A DNA stretch of 64,000 nt from an uncultured Candidatus Saccharibacteria bacterium (lineage in GTDB: Bacteria > Patescibacteriota > UBA1384 > XYA2-FULL-43-10 > 1-14-0-10-43-13), in NCBI GenBank assembly GCA_964628585.1, contig CAZVMH010000004.1:9977-73976 (forward strand), in the 5' to 3' direction. The translations under genes and the position numbers were made by a program. Shown one piece after another: positions 28,389 to 38,342 of the stretch (position 1 is its first letter; each line of letters opens with the position of its first letter). Below the pieces are notes generated by a model. That model did not search any database and was not told the DNA's origin. It was given only the letters and a program-made list of their open reading frames with translations.

Positions 28389-29009
28389 CTATACTTGTGG
28401 TGCTGCCGGTGGAGGAGTTGGTGTAGAACCCTGTCCATTGGCGTCTGCTGGCTGTGCTGGCACTTCTTCTTCTCCAATAGCTGGATTGGCAGAAGGGGTT
28501 GCAGGAGCTGCTGGAGCAACATCGGTATCTGCTGGTGCAGCAGGAGTCATAATTGTTGGCTCAGCTGGAGCAAATGGTGATGCTGGTGCAGGTGTCTCAT
28601 CTTTTTCGGGTATTATATCTCCAGCCATAGATGACTGAGTGTCAGACACTGGTGGCATACCACCTGTTGCAGGTGCAGCTGTATCATCTGCATCATCTGC
28701 AGGTGGTGTTGTTTGTGGTGCGCTACCTGCTGGTGCAGCTGTATCATCTGCAGGTGGTGTTGGATTCATTGGATCGTCACTCATAGATTCCTCCGTTTCA
28801 TTTGACTTATTATTGTTACCAAATAGATCTTCATGTTTTTCGCCGGTCAATTTTTCAAGATGATGAACGCCAACCAAAATGGCGCATGGCTTACCATTTT
28901 TAGTCATCACATACATATTATCAGAAGATTCAACTGAGTCAATGAGTTGGTTCAATTTATCTCTTGCTTCCGTAACTGGTAAGATGTTATCAACTTGTAC
29001 TTCAAGCAT
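28389..29009 (-). CDS. Phd/YefM antitoxin-like domain with long acidic Pro/Ala-rich disordered tail
   Basis: ILPVTEARDKLNQLIDSV...VMTKNGKPCAILV; GGAGG SD before ATG 29009; duplicated TPPADD..TAAPA. Confidence 0.75.
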   Translation of the reverse strand: MLEVQVDNILPVTEARDKLNQLIDSVESSDNMYVMTKNGKPCAILVGVHHLEKLTGEKHEDLFGNNNKSNETEESMSDDPMNPTPPADDTAAPAGSAPQTTPPADDADDTAAPATGGMPPVSDTQSSMAGDIIPEKDETPAPASPFAPAEPTIMTPAAPADTDVAPAAPATPSANPAIGEEEVPAQPADANGQGSTPTPPPAAPQV

Positions 29010-29020
29010 ATTCCCTCCAA

Positions 29021-29440
29021 TTATTTTTTGTAGGTCCAAAGTTTGTTACCAAAGAAGTTCCAAAGAGTAGCAGCACCTGAAGCGGCAATTAGAGCGACAA
29101 TTTGACCTTGGTCTAGGTTAAATCTGGTATATTTGAAAGCTAAGTAATTTATACCCCAACCAATCAAACTGACAACTAAGAATTTGATAAAAAGTTTTCC
29201 ACTGGCACCAGTATTATTACCAACAGCCGTTTTGTATTCTTTTTTGAAAGTCCAAATTGTGTTCCACAGGTAAGAATTAGTAACTGCTATCAAAAATGCA
29301 ATTGCTTTGGCGGTTGGTTCGAAGCTTTTTTCGGTAGCAATATAATGGGTGATGACAAAGAAAACAACCCAATCAACGGCTGTATTAGTAATGCCAACTA
29401 TACCAAATTTAATAAACTGAACAAGCCCTTCTGATTTCAT
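29021..29440 (-). CDS. GtrA-family membrane protein
   Basis: QFIKFGIVGITNTAVD, NSYLWNTIWTF, WNFFGNKLWTY. Confidence 0.9.
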   Translation of the reverse strand: MKSEGLVQFIKFGIVGITNTAVDWVVFFVITHYIATEKSFEPTAKAIAFLIAVTNSYLWNTIWTFKKEYKTAVGNNTGASGKLFIKFLVVSLIGWGINYLAFKYTRFNLDQGQIVALIAASGAATLWNFFGNKLWTYKK

Positions 29441-29487
29441 GACTATATTATAGCCAACAACTTCATATCTAGCAAATTATATAAACA

Positions 29488-30558
29488 TTAGAGTAATTTT
29501 TCATCTAATTTCTGCAACAAATCTTTAATTTTATGTGATTCCTTTGTATTACAAACAAGAAGTGCATCGGGTGTATCAATGATTGCAATGTCTTTCAAAC
29601 CCACAGTAGCGATCAATTTTTTACCAGCCCAAACAAGACAGTTTTTGCTGTCTACACCTATATGTTGACCATTCTCGACTATTGAGACATTATCTTTGCC
29701 AGAAAGAGCCTCAAGTAGCGAACCCCATGTACCAGCATCGGACCAGCCAAAGTCAGCTGGAATGACATAAATCTCTTTAATTTTTTCCATAATGCCATAA
29801 TCAATAGATGTTTTTTCAGTTTTTGCATACTCAATTTTTAGAACCTTCTTTTCATCTTTTGTCCCAATAGCCTCTACAATTTTTTCAAGCACTAAATGGG
29901 TCTCTGGCATATATTTTTTATATAAATTCAAAATATGTGAGTTTTTCCAGATAAAAATGCCAGCATTCCAGTAAAACTTTTTCGAGATTAAGTATTTTTC
30001 AGCTGTAACTACGTCTGGCTTTTCCACAAATCGTTTCATCTGGTAAACAACTGATGGAAAATTTATCTTTTTTTCTATCTCGATATAACCAAAATCAACA
30101 GCTGGTTTAGTCGGTAAAATTCCTAAAGCAATAATATGATCAGGGTTTTTGTCTAAAAGCTGTTTTGCGATTTTGATTGTTTCAATAAATTCTTTTGGGT
30201 TTTGAATTAACGCATCGGCTGGAAGAAAAATTGCACCAGAACTAGGATCGCGTTGTTCAAGTGTAGCAGAGACAAGCCCACAGGCTGGAGCATTGCCCCT
30301 AAGAGCGGGTTCAACAATATAATTTTTGACTGGTATTTCTGGCAACATCTTTTTAATTTTAGCCACAAACTCTGGTACAGTTGAAATAATTATTTCTTTT
30401 GGAGAAAAGAGAGGGAGCAGGCGCAAAAAAGTTTCACGCAAAAGAGGATTCTCTCCTCCAATGGGGTGAAATTGTTTAGGTGTCTTCCGACGCGAAACAG
30501 GCCATAGTCTAGTTCCTACGCCTCCTGCCATTATTACAGCATAGAAATTATTCTTCAT
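29488..30558 (-). CDS. manC: Mannose-1-phosphate guanylyltransferase
   Basis: IMAGGVGTRLWPVSR..PKQF, FVEKP, WNAGIF, SIDYGIME, FGWSDAGTW. Confidence 0.93.
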   Translation of the reverse strand: MKNNFYAVIMAGGVGTRLWPVSRRKTPKQFHPIGGENPLLRETFLRLLPLFSPKEIIISTVPEFVAKIKKMLPEIPVKNYIVEPALRGNAPACGLVSATLEQRDPSSGAIFLPADALIQNPKEFIETIKIAKQLLDKNPDHIIALGILPTKPAVDFGYIEIEKKINFPSVVYQMKRFVEKPDVVTAEKYLISKKFYWNAGIFIWKNSHILNLYKKYMPETHLVLEKIVEAIGTKDEKKVLKIEYAKTEKTSIDYGIMEKIKEIYVIPADFGWSDAGTWGSLLEALSGKDNVSIVENGQHIGVDSKNCLVWAGKKLIATVGLKDIAIIDTPDALLVCNTKESHKIKDLLQKLDEKLL

Positions 30559-30590
30559 TATTTTTAAATTTTAAATTAGTAAATTGTAAA

Positions 30591-31508
30591 TTATTGAAGG
30601 TATTCTTTAACCATTTTTTGCCAGTCTCTGACTTTAAAATTCATAGTTTTCTCTATTTTCTCTTTTGAGAGATAGGTATAAGGTGGGCGTTTAGCTTTTT
30701 GGGGGTATTGATCAGAAGCAATTGGCTTCAAATTGATATCAATGCACACTATTTTAAATATCTCTTTAGCAAAATCATACCAGGAACAAGGGCCATTGCC
30801 AGAAAAATGATAAGTGCCAAAGGGTACAGATTTGCGGTTTGCTGTTTGCTGTTCGCGGTTGTTCTTACTGCCGGCTACCAACTGCCAACTGCTAACTATC
30901 CTGTCCATTAATTCTACCAGGTCTTTTGTATATGTGGGTGAGCCTATCTGATCATTTACAACTGTCAGAGAATCTCTTTCTCGGCCGAGACGCAACATTG
31001 TCTCGACAAAATTTGTGCCAGTGTGTCCTTCTGGTAGCTCGCCAAAAAGCCAAGCGACGCGTAAAATATAGTATTTTTCACAAATATTTCGAACATACTC
31101 CTCGCCATCGAATTTGCTTTTGCCGTACACGGATAGTGGATTAGCATCATCTTCTTCTCTATATGGTTGACCCTTTTCTCCATCGAAAACGTAATCGGTC
31201 GAAATGTAAATTATTGGGATATCAAAACTTTTTGCCACTTCGGCCAAGTTTTTGCTTCCTTCTGCGTTGATTTTGAAGCATAGCTCTTTTTCTTCTTCGG
31301 CGAGATCAACCTTAGTATAAGCAGCTCCATGAATAATAAAGTTTGGTTCCTCCGACTCGACAACATTGAGAACTTTTGACTTGTCCGTAATATCCATCTC
31401 TTCCGAATCGGTCAGAATCAAATCATATTTATTACCAAGCAAATCAATAATTTTTTTGCCAAGCTGGCCTTTTGCACCTGTAACCAGAATCTTTTTACTG
31501 TTTTTCAT
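30591..31508 (-). CDS. rmlD: dTDP-4-dehydrorhamnose reductase
   Basis: ILVTGAKGQLG, AAYTKVD, ISTDYVFDG, YGKSK, DQIGSPT; start ATG 31508. Confidence 0.93.
   Translation of the reverse strand: MKNSKKILVTGAKGQLGKKIIDLLGNKYDLILTDSEEMDITDKSKVLNVVESEEPNFIIHGAAYTKVDLAEEEKELCFKINAEGSKNLAEVAKSFDIPIIYISTDYVFDGEKGQPYREEDDANPLSVYGKSKFDGEEYVRNICEKYYILRVAWLFGELPEGHTGTNFVETMLRLGRERDSLTVVNDQIGSPTYTKDLVELMDRIVSSWQLVAGSKNNREQQTANRKSVPFGTYHFSGNGPCSWYDFAKEIFKIVCIDINLKPIASDQYPQKAKRPPYTYLSKEKIEKTMNFKVRDWQKMVKEYLQ
30831..30901. repeat. In-frame inverted heptamer arrays inside rmlD
   Basis: + strand TTTGCGG TTTGCTG TTTGCTG TTCGCGG ... ACTGCCG GCTACCA ACTGCCA ACTGCTA ACTATCC. Confidence 0.8.
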
Positions 31509-32511
31509 TTTGTTTTGCTCGTTGACTATCCAAATATTCTTTTGAGAGAATTCTTTTCCACCATTCTTCATTTTTTTTATACCATTCGATGGTTTTTTTA
31601 ATACCTTCCTCAAAGTTTACTGATGGCTCCCAGCCAAGTTCTGCGGATATTTTTGAGTGATCGATGGCGTAGCGCATATCGTGGCCCTTGCGATCCTCCA
31701 CAAAAGTTTTGAGAGATTCTGGCTTATCCAAGGCACTCAAAATAGCATCGGCAACATCTAGGCCATTCTTTTCTGAGTCACCACCAATACAGTAGGTTTC
31801 GCCAATTTTTCCTTTATGCAAAATAAGATCAATGGCGGAGCAATGGTCTGTGACATAAAGATAATCGCGAATGGCTTTGCCTGTGCCATAAATTGGCAGT
31901 GGCTTATCGGCAAAAGCATTTAATATGAAGAGGGGAATAACTTTTTCTGGAAAATGGAATGGCCCGTAGTTATTTGTGCAGTTTGATATAGTGATTGGCA
32001 GGCCATAAGTATCAAAATATGCTCGAACAAGATGGTCTGAGCCAGCCTTAGAAGCGGAGTAGGGCGAATGAGGCAAATATGGCGTATTCTCGTCAAACTT
32101 TTCATCTAGGTTATCTAAAGACAAGGAACCAAAAACTTCATCTGTCGAGACATGATGAAAACGTTTTATGCCCATTTCTTTGGCTATATCAAGCAAAACT
32201 TGAGTTCCGATCACATTTGTCTGAACAAATAATCCCGGACCTGTAATTGAGCGATCCACGTGCGATTCAGCCGCAAAGTGGACTACAAAATCACAATCTT
32301 TCATGGCTTTCTCTACATCATCTCTATTACAAATGTCGCCTTGAGTGAACTGATAATTTGGATTCTTCTCGACTGATTTTAAATTCTCCAAATTGCCAGC
32401 ATAAGTAAGTTTGTCCAGATTAATAATTTTGTAATCAGGATACTTTTCCAACATAAACAAAATAAAGTTTGAACCAATGAATCCGGCTCCGCCGGTAACT
32501 AAAATTTTCAT
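31495..32511 (-). CDS. rmlB: dTDP-glucose 4,6-dehydratase
   Basis: GGAGFIGSNF, DKLTYAGN, AAESHVDRSI, VSTDEVFG, PYSASKA. Confidence 0.96.
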   Translation of the reverse strand: MKILVTGGAGFIGSNFILFMLEKYPDYKIINLDKLTYAGNLENLKSVEKNPNYQFTQGDICNRDDVEKAMKDCDFVVHFAAESHVDRSITGPGLFVQTNVIGTQVLLDIAKEMGIKRFHHVSTDEVFGSLSLDNLDEKFDENTPYLPHSPYSASKAGSDHLVRAYFDTYGLPITISNCTNNYGPFHFPEKVIPLFILNAFADKPLPIYGTGKAIRDYLYVTDHCSAIDLILHKGKIGETYCIGGDSEKNGLDVADAILSALDKPESLKTFVEDRKGHDMRYAIDHSKISAELGWEPSVNFEEGIKKTIEWYKKNEEWWKRILSKEYLDSQRAKQNEKQ

Positions 32512-32519
32512 ACAACTCC

Positions 32520-32996
32520 TTATTTAAGTGAATCCCAATCGAAACCTATTTTCTTATCGAAAGGATCAATTCTTTCTTCGTCTGGATTTTCCTTGTCATA
32601 TGCTTTAGTAACATGATAAAAAAGCAAACAAGGTTCTTCCGATAGAACTTTGTATCCATGTACTACGCCAACAGGAATTAGAACCAACTTGTAGTCATCA
32701 GTGCCACCATAAATAACTTGCGTCTCTCCTTTGGTAGCAGAATTCTCTCTTTGGTCATAGAGAACAATTGCTGATCGGCCAGTTGCTAAAAACCAAAGAT
32801 CGTCTTGGTTTTTATGCCAATGGAATGCTTTTATTATACCCTTGGATGCGATAGTAAAATTACTTTGTCCAAAATGGTTTAACATCTTATCATCATCACG
32901 TAGAACTTCCATAAAGATGCCTGGTTCGATATCTTGTTCTAGATCTGGTTTATCTTTAAAAACCTTTAGCTCTTTGATCTTCACTCCATCAATCAT
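32520..32996 (-). CDS. rmlC: dTDP-4-dehydrorhamnose 3,5-epimerase family
   Basis: MIDGVKIKEL, KAFHWH, IPVGVVHGY; lies between rmlA and rmlB. Confidence 0.85.
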   Translation of the reverse strand: MIDGVKIKELKVFKDKPDLEQDIEPGIFMEVLRDDDKMLNHFGQSNFTIASKGIIKAFHWHKNQDDLWFLATGRSAIVLYDQRENSATKGETQVIYGGTDDYKLVLIPVGVVHGYKVLSEEPCLLFYHVTKAYDKENPDEERIDPFDKKIGFDWDSLK

Positions 32997-33868
32997 TGTT
33001 TAATTTCCCTTTCGATAGTTCTTAAATAATCTGCGTAACTAGACTTTCCCATTTTTTCAATAGCTTTGTCGAGTTCCTTATTGTCTATCCAGTCACTTCG
33101 ATAAGCGATCTCTTCAATACAGGCGATATTGTGACCAGTCATTTCTTGAATGATTTTTACATAGTTTCCAGCTTTATTCATTGCTTCATGAGTTCCTGTA
33201 TCAAGCCAGGCCATTCCGCGAGGGAGAACAGTTACATTCAATTCTTTTCGATCTAAAAATTTCCGATTTAAATCTGTAATCTCTAATTCGCCTCGTGCGG
33301 AAGGCTTAAGATTGTGTGCTTCTTCTACAACTTCTGGGCCATAAAAATATAATCCGGGTATGGCATAGTTAGACTTTGGCTTTTGAGGCTTTTCCTCGAG
33401 AGACAAAACTTTTCCATTTTTGTCGAAATCAACGACCCCAAATCTTTCCGGGTCTGGAACGTGGATGGCAAAGATATGTCCGCCCTTTTTGATTTTTTTG
33501 GCTTCCTTAAGAACACCGGTTAAACCGGCGGAGTAAAAAATATTGTCACCTAAAATCATAGCTACAGAATCTTTGCCAATAAATGAATCTCCAATTGTAA
33601 AAGCTTCAGCCAAACCATTTGGAGCATCTTGGACAGCATAAGAAAACTTCATTCCAATCTCTTCTCCGCTGTCCAAAAGTTTTTCAAATTGAGGGAGGTC
33701 GTGAGGAGTAGAAATAATTAGAACTTCTCGAATTCCAGCCAACATTAAGACTGATAGCGGGTAATAGATCATTGGCTTATCATATATTGCCATCATTTGT
33801 TTACTCACGGCGAGGGTTGCGGGGTATAGTCTTGTGCCAGAACCTCCCGCTAAAATGATACCCTTCAT
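32993..33868 (-). CDS. rmlA: Glucose-1-phosphate thymidylyltransferase
   Basis: GIILAGGSGTRLYP, PSARGELEITD, AWLDTGT. Confidence 0.97.
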   Translation of the reverse strand: MKGIILAGGSGTRLYPATLAVSKQMMAIYDKPMIYYPLSVLMLAGIREVLIISTPHDLPQFEKLLDSGEEIGMKFSYAVQDAPNGLAEAFTIGDSFIGKDSVAMILGDNIFYSAGLTGVLKEAKKIKKGGHIFAIHVPDPERFGVVDFDKNGKVLSLEEKPQKPKSNYAIPGLYFYGPEVVEEAHNLKPSARGELEITDLNRKFLDRKELNVTVLPRGMAWLDTGTHEAMNKAGNYVKIIQEMTGHNIACIEEIAYRSDWIDNKELDKAIEKMGKSSYADYLRTIEREIKQ

Positions 33869-33944
33869 ATTTCTCCTTGTTTAAGTTTCCTCAAATAAGC
33901 ATACCGCAAAACTCTTTATCAATTCAACCTTAACTGCTATATTT

Positions 33945-35254
33945 ATGAATATGAAAAGTCAATTCAAAAATATGATTATTAGATTTATTGAGAAGATCCA
34001 TTTCAAAGCTTTCGGCCATCCTATGAGTTTTGAAATGAAATCCTTTTTAGGAAATCTCTCGTGGTCCTTTGTTTCTGGGGCTCTGGTGCTACCTCTAATG
34101 ATGATTGTCACTACCTTGGCGGGTAGATTAATCGGCCCAACCGAATATGGTAAATATAGTTTGTTGTTATTAATTAATCAATTTCTAATCATTTTCATTT
34201 TTTTTGGACTGGATACGACTTCAGTTAAATATATTGCTAAAGCAAGAAATTTTTCTGAAAAAAAAGAGTTGTTGCGACTATCACTAATTTTGTTTTTTTG
34301 ATATTGGCTTTATCGGCTGGGTTGGCCCTGCTCTTTTTCCCAATTCTGCTAAAATATTCAAAAGAATACTCGATCTTTATTCTTACTGTGGTTTATTATA
34401 CGGCTATACTTTCAATAAAGGTTACGTTTGACATAGTAATTCGGGGCATCGAACAGTTTAAAAGACAAGCGTTTGGAAAAGTACTTGAGGTTTGTACAGT
34501 ATTGATTGCATTTTTCTTAATTTTCTTTGTTTTTAGGTTTAAGAATTTTTTAGGACTTCTTCTTGTTTTAAATCTCGGTGCCATCACAATTTCAATTTAT
34601 TATTATTTACAATTGTCAAAATACTTGGGAAAAAGTGACAAAAATATTTTGCGGCAGCAGCTTGGAGAGGGCAAATTATTTTTCATTAGCGCGCTTCTGG
34701 GAACCTTGTTTTTATCTATCGATCGAATAGTTGTAGCTCGATATCTAGGAGTGAACACTCTTGGGATATATAGTGCTTATTATTTTGCTTCGTTTGGTGT
34801 CGTGTCTCAATTAACTCAATTATTTACGAATGTCTTTTTCCCAGTAACATCACGTCTTAAAGATAAATCATTCACAAAAAAGATTGATAAACTCATAGTA
34901 ATTGGTAGCATTCCACTCACAATTTTCTTTGGATTGATAATGACAATGATGCTCTTAATTTTTGGGAAGGACTATCCAATGAATCTCTGGTACATTATCG
35001 GATTTTCAGTTTTTTCGATGCTTTACTTTTTTCAGGGATTATATAACACAGTAATTGTCGACGTTAATAAGTCAGAGTATAAAAAATATTTGATTGCTCG
35101 CAATACAGTCAGCGTTGTTACCATTATTCTTTATGTTATTATCATTCTTCTCCATAAAATAACAATACCCATAATAATAACAACTTTAATTTTCAACATG
35201 TTGCTGACAATATTTATCGAGCGTTTGTTTATAAAAGACATGCAACAAAGATAA
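33945..35254 (+). pseudogene. Wzx-like flippase split by a 1-nt frameshift at an A8 tract (34258-34265)
   Basis: Adding one A fuses ORFs 33945-34301 and 34298-35254 into ~436 aa, collinear with the 437-aa paralog at 46373. Confidence 0.8.
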
Positions 35255-35315
35255 TTGCCGTGACGATTGAAATGTGATACGTTAAACTCGTAAAATAATT
35301 AATAAAAAAAGAATT

Positions 35316-36314
35316 ATGTTAAACAATAAGACAATCTTGATCACTGGCGGAACTGGTTCTTTTGGGAAAAAATTTACAGAGAGGATCCTTTCGGAGTATA
35401 AGCCCAAAAAAATCATTATTTACTCCAGAGACGAATATAAGCAGTATATGATGCGTAAAACATACTTCAAATGGGATAAGAAACTTCGTTTTTTTATTGG
35501 AGATGTTCGGGACAAAGAGAGAATGTATAGAGCCATGGATGGTGTTGATATTGTGATTCATGCAGCGGCTGTAAAACATGTTGATATTGCTGAATATAAT
35601 CCGCTCGAGGCCATAAAAACTAATATAGATGGAGCTCGGAATGTAATCGATACAGCAATCGATCAGGGTGTTGAAAAAATTGTTGCTTTGTCGACCGATA
35701 AAGCAGTTAATCCGATAAATCTTTATGGTGCAACAAAACTAGTGTCAGATAAATTATTTGTTTCTGCTAATGCCTATGTCGGTAAAAAGAAAACAACTTT
35801 CAGTGTAGTCAGATATGGTAACGTTTCAGGCAGTCGTGGTTCTGTTATTCCATTTTTTCAAACACTAATTGATAAAGGTGAAAGATCTTTACCCATAACG
35901 GATACTAGAATGACTCGTTTTTGGATTACGCTTGACCAAGGAGTTGACTTGGTGTTTGAAGCTCTAAATGAGGCTAAGGGCGGAGAAATTTATGTTTCTA
36001 AGATTCCTTCTTATAAAATTACCGATTTAGCAAAGGCAATGTTGCCAGAATGTAAAATTAAAGCAGTTGGCATTAGAGCAGGAGAGAAGCTTCATGAGGT
36101 AATGATTACTGAAGAGGACTCTAGATTGACTTATGATTTCGGTAACTATTATATTATTTATCCAAACTTCGATTGGTGTAATATTGGGAAGCGTTTGAAA
36201 CATGGTGCTAAAAAAGTGAAAGAAGGGTTCAGGTACGCTTCAGATAATAATGAACAATGGCTTGATGTCAAGAATATTCAAGAAGGTCTTAAAAAAATTG
36301 ATATTGTTTTCTAG
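35316..36314 (+). CDS. pseB: UDP-GlcNAc 4,6-dehydratase (inverting)
   Basis: ITGGTGSFG, YSRDEYKQ, STDKAVNPINLYGATKL, RYGNVSGSRGSV, MTRFWIT, GEKLHE. Confidence 0.92.
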   Translation: MLNNKTILITGGTGSFGKKFTERILSEYKPKKIIIYSRDEYKQYMMRKTYFKWDKKLRFFIGDVRDKERMYRAMDGVDIVIHAAAVKHVDIAEYNPLEAIKTNIDGARNVIDTAIDQGVEKIVALSTDKAVNPINLYGATKLVSDKLFVSANAYVGKKKTTFSVVRYGNVSGSRGSVIPFFQTLIDKGERSLPITDTRMTRFWITLDQGVDLVFEALNEAKGGEIYVSKIPSYKITDLAKAMLPECKIKAVGIRAGEKLHEVMITEEDSRLTYDFGNYYIIYPNFDWCNIGKRLKHGAKKVKEGFRYASDNNEQWLDVKNIQEGLKKIDIVF

Positions 36315-36323
36315 GGAGAATTT

Positions 36324-37505
36324 ATGAGTGATTTTTTATCATATGGGAAGCAATGGCTCGATGGGCAAGACAAAAAGGCAGTTTTAGATGTCTTAAACAG
36401 TGATTTCTTAACTCAAGGACCAAAGGTTGAGGAATTCGAAAAAGCAATTTGCCAATATACCGGTGCTAAATATTGTGTTGCTGTTTCAAATGGAACAGCC
36501 GCACTTCATATTGCTGTTGCTTCACTAAATATCGAGAGCGGCATGGAAGGGATTACCACTCCAAATACCTTCGTTGCTTCTTCAAATTGCCTCATTTACA
36601 GTGGCTTAACTCCTAAATTCGTTGATATTGATTCCAAAACCTATAACATTGATACAGCAAAAATCAAAAGAGCAATTAATGATAATACCAAAGTAATCAT
36701 CCCTGTACATTTTGCTGGTCAACCAGCTGATATGGAAGAGATCTCCAAAATGGCAAAGGATAAAGATATTTATGTTATAGAAGATGCCGCCCATGCAATT
36801 GGTTCAAAATATCCAAATGGTAGCAAAGTAGGTTGTTGCAAATATTGTGATATGACCACTTTTTCTTTTCATCCTGTTAAAACAATTACAACCGGAGAAG
36901 GTGGGGCGATAACTACCAATGACGAAAAGATTTATAACAAACTTTTACTTTTGCGGTCACATGGAATAACGAAAGATCCGATATTATTAGAACAAAATGC
37001 AGGTCCTTGGTATTATGAAATGCAAAAATTAGGATTCAACTATAGAATTACAGATATTCAATCAGCCCTTGGGATCAGTCAACTTAAGAAACTTGATGGT
37101 TTTATTGAAAGAAGACGGGAAATTGTAAAGAAATATAATGAGGCTTTTTCTAAAACAGACACTTGTACGGTTCCATACGAAAAACCGAAAAACTACTCCG
37201 CTTTTCATTTGTATGTTTTAAAAATCGATTTTACAAAACTAGGTAAAACTAGAGCGGAGGTAATGCAGGCACTTAGGGAGAAAAATATTGGGACGCAAGT
37301 CCATTATATACCCGTCCACACTCAACCTTATTACCAAAAAGAGTTTGGGTACAGACAGGGGGATTATCCGTTTGCTGAAGATTACTACAATCAGGCACTT
37401 AGTTTGCCGCTTTACCCAAAGATGTCAGATGCGGAAGTTAATTATGTCATACAGAAAATCAAGCATATCTTGGGGGTTAAAGGAACTAGCAATGCAAGAA
37501 GGTAA
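36324..37505 (+). CDS. pseC: PseC-type PLP aminotransferase
   Basis: YGKQWLD, SDFLTQGP, SFHPVKTITTGEGG, LGFNYRITD, QVHYIP. Confidence 0.9.
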   Translation: MSDFLSYGKQWLDGQDKKAVLDVLNSDFLTQGPKVEEFEKAICQYTGAKYCVAVSNGTAALHIAVASLNIESGMEGITTPNTFVASSNCLIYSGLTPKFVDIDSKTYNIDTAKIKRAINDNTKVIIPVHFAGQPADMEEISKMAKDKDIYVIEDAAHAIGSKYPNGSKVGCCKYCDMTTFSFHPVKTITTGEGGAITTNDEKIYNKLLLLRSHGITKDPILLEQNAGPWYYEMQKLGFNYRITDIQSALGISQLKKLDGFIERRREIVKKYNEAFSKTDTCTVPYEKPKNYSAFHLYVLKIDFTKLGKTRAEVMQALREKNIGTQVHYIPVHTQPYYQKEFGYRQGDYPFAEDYYNQALSLPLYPKMSDAEVNYVIQKIKHILGVKGTSNARR

Positions 37506-38334
37506 ATACAATCCAGTAGAAAAAGTAAAGATAGAACTAGACGAAGAATTGTTATTTGATATGGCAGTAAAGCGTTATGAATATTGGAGAGGCCATCCAG
37601 AAGATTTAAAAATATTCATTAAGTTACTTAAACAAGAGGTCGAAAGATTGGAGCAAAACTCAGATTCTATTCCAGAATTTTCCCTGCCCGAAAGTTCAAA
37701 ATACAAGGCGATCTGGGTAACTTCCGGTTCTGGAACGGTTAAAAAACCAGTAACCAATGCTCCTGGAGACGCCCCTAATCGTGAGCCAGGTAAAGAATGG
37801 TGCCAGGGTAGTGATAAAGTTAGGGTACTACATGCGATTAATATTATAGAAAAGATTAGCTTGGCTAATTCAGGTATCAAAGAGGAATCGTCTTCACGGG
37901 AAGAGCCGGATATTATAAAAGAATTTGGGCCTTACCTGATTTACAATGGAGTCGAGGAACAGAACCTTGATCTCCTGGACGAAGTAAAGAAGAGTAATAT
38001 TAAATTTCCAATTGAAAAAATATACATTCCAGAAGGAGAAATCAGCCGTACTGTTGATCAGGTAATAAACTTAAGATTCCCTCCAGACTTAGATTTTGCA
38101 ACTGAAGATAGAATAGGAGTTGTCACTCATGCACCTCATATCGCTAGGGTCATGAGGATGGTTAATAGATACAAAACAATACCAAAGCAAACTGTGGTGC
38201 GTGCGTTTCCTATTAAATTCCCTAAACCAGAGAATGAACTTGAGTTTGCAATTGGTGAAATAATGGGGGTTTTGGGATATGTAAGCCGTGACCAAGCTAC
38301 CCTAGAACCATATCCGTATATTATTGAAGGATAA
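37492..38334 (+). CDS. Hypothetical protein, possible DUF218/YdcF(ElyC)-like fold
   Basis: Start ATG 37492 after AAGGA; RTVDQV and IGVVTHAPHIARV resemble the DUF218 nT.eNa and VTs.fHm.Ra motifs. Confidence 0.5.
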   Translation: MQEGKYNPVEKVKIELDEELLFDMAVKRYEYWRGHPEDLKIFIKLLKQEVERLEQNSDSIPEFSLPESSKYKAIWVTSGSGTVKKPVTNAPGDAPNREPGKEWCQGSDKVRVLHAINIIEKISLANSGIKEESSSREEPDIIKEFGPYLIYNGVEEQNLDLLDEVKKSNIKFPIEKIYIPEGEISRTVDQVINLRFPPDLDFATEDRIGVVTHAPHIARVMRMVNRYKTIPKQTVVRAFPIKFPKPENELEFAIGEIMGVLGYVSRDQATLEPYPYIIEG

Positions 38335-38342
38335 AAAAACAA

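Noticed and set aside
28660-28765. Direct repeat resembling a CRISPR unit
   Set aside because: Only two copies, in-frame coding duplication (TPPADD..TAAPA); no cas genes or regular spacers.
35300-35325. TTATGTTAAA resembling a dif XerD arm
   Set aside because: It is the pseB start codon context; no XerC arm at 6-bp spacing.
37288-37491. Long upstream extensions of track ORFs (37288, 41488, 31613, 10264, 21801, 26532)
   Set aside because: They overlap neighbouring genes or non-coding elements; downstream ATGs have better SD, -10 or coupling context.
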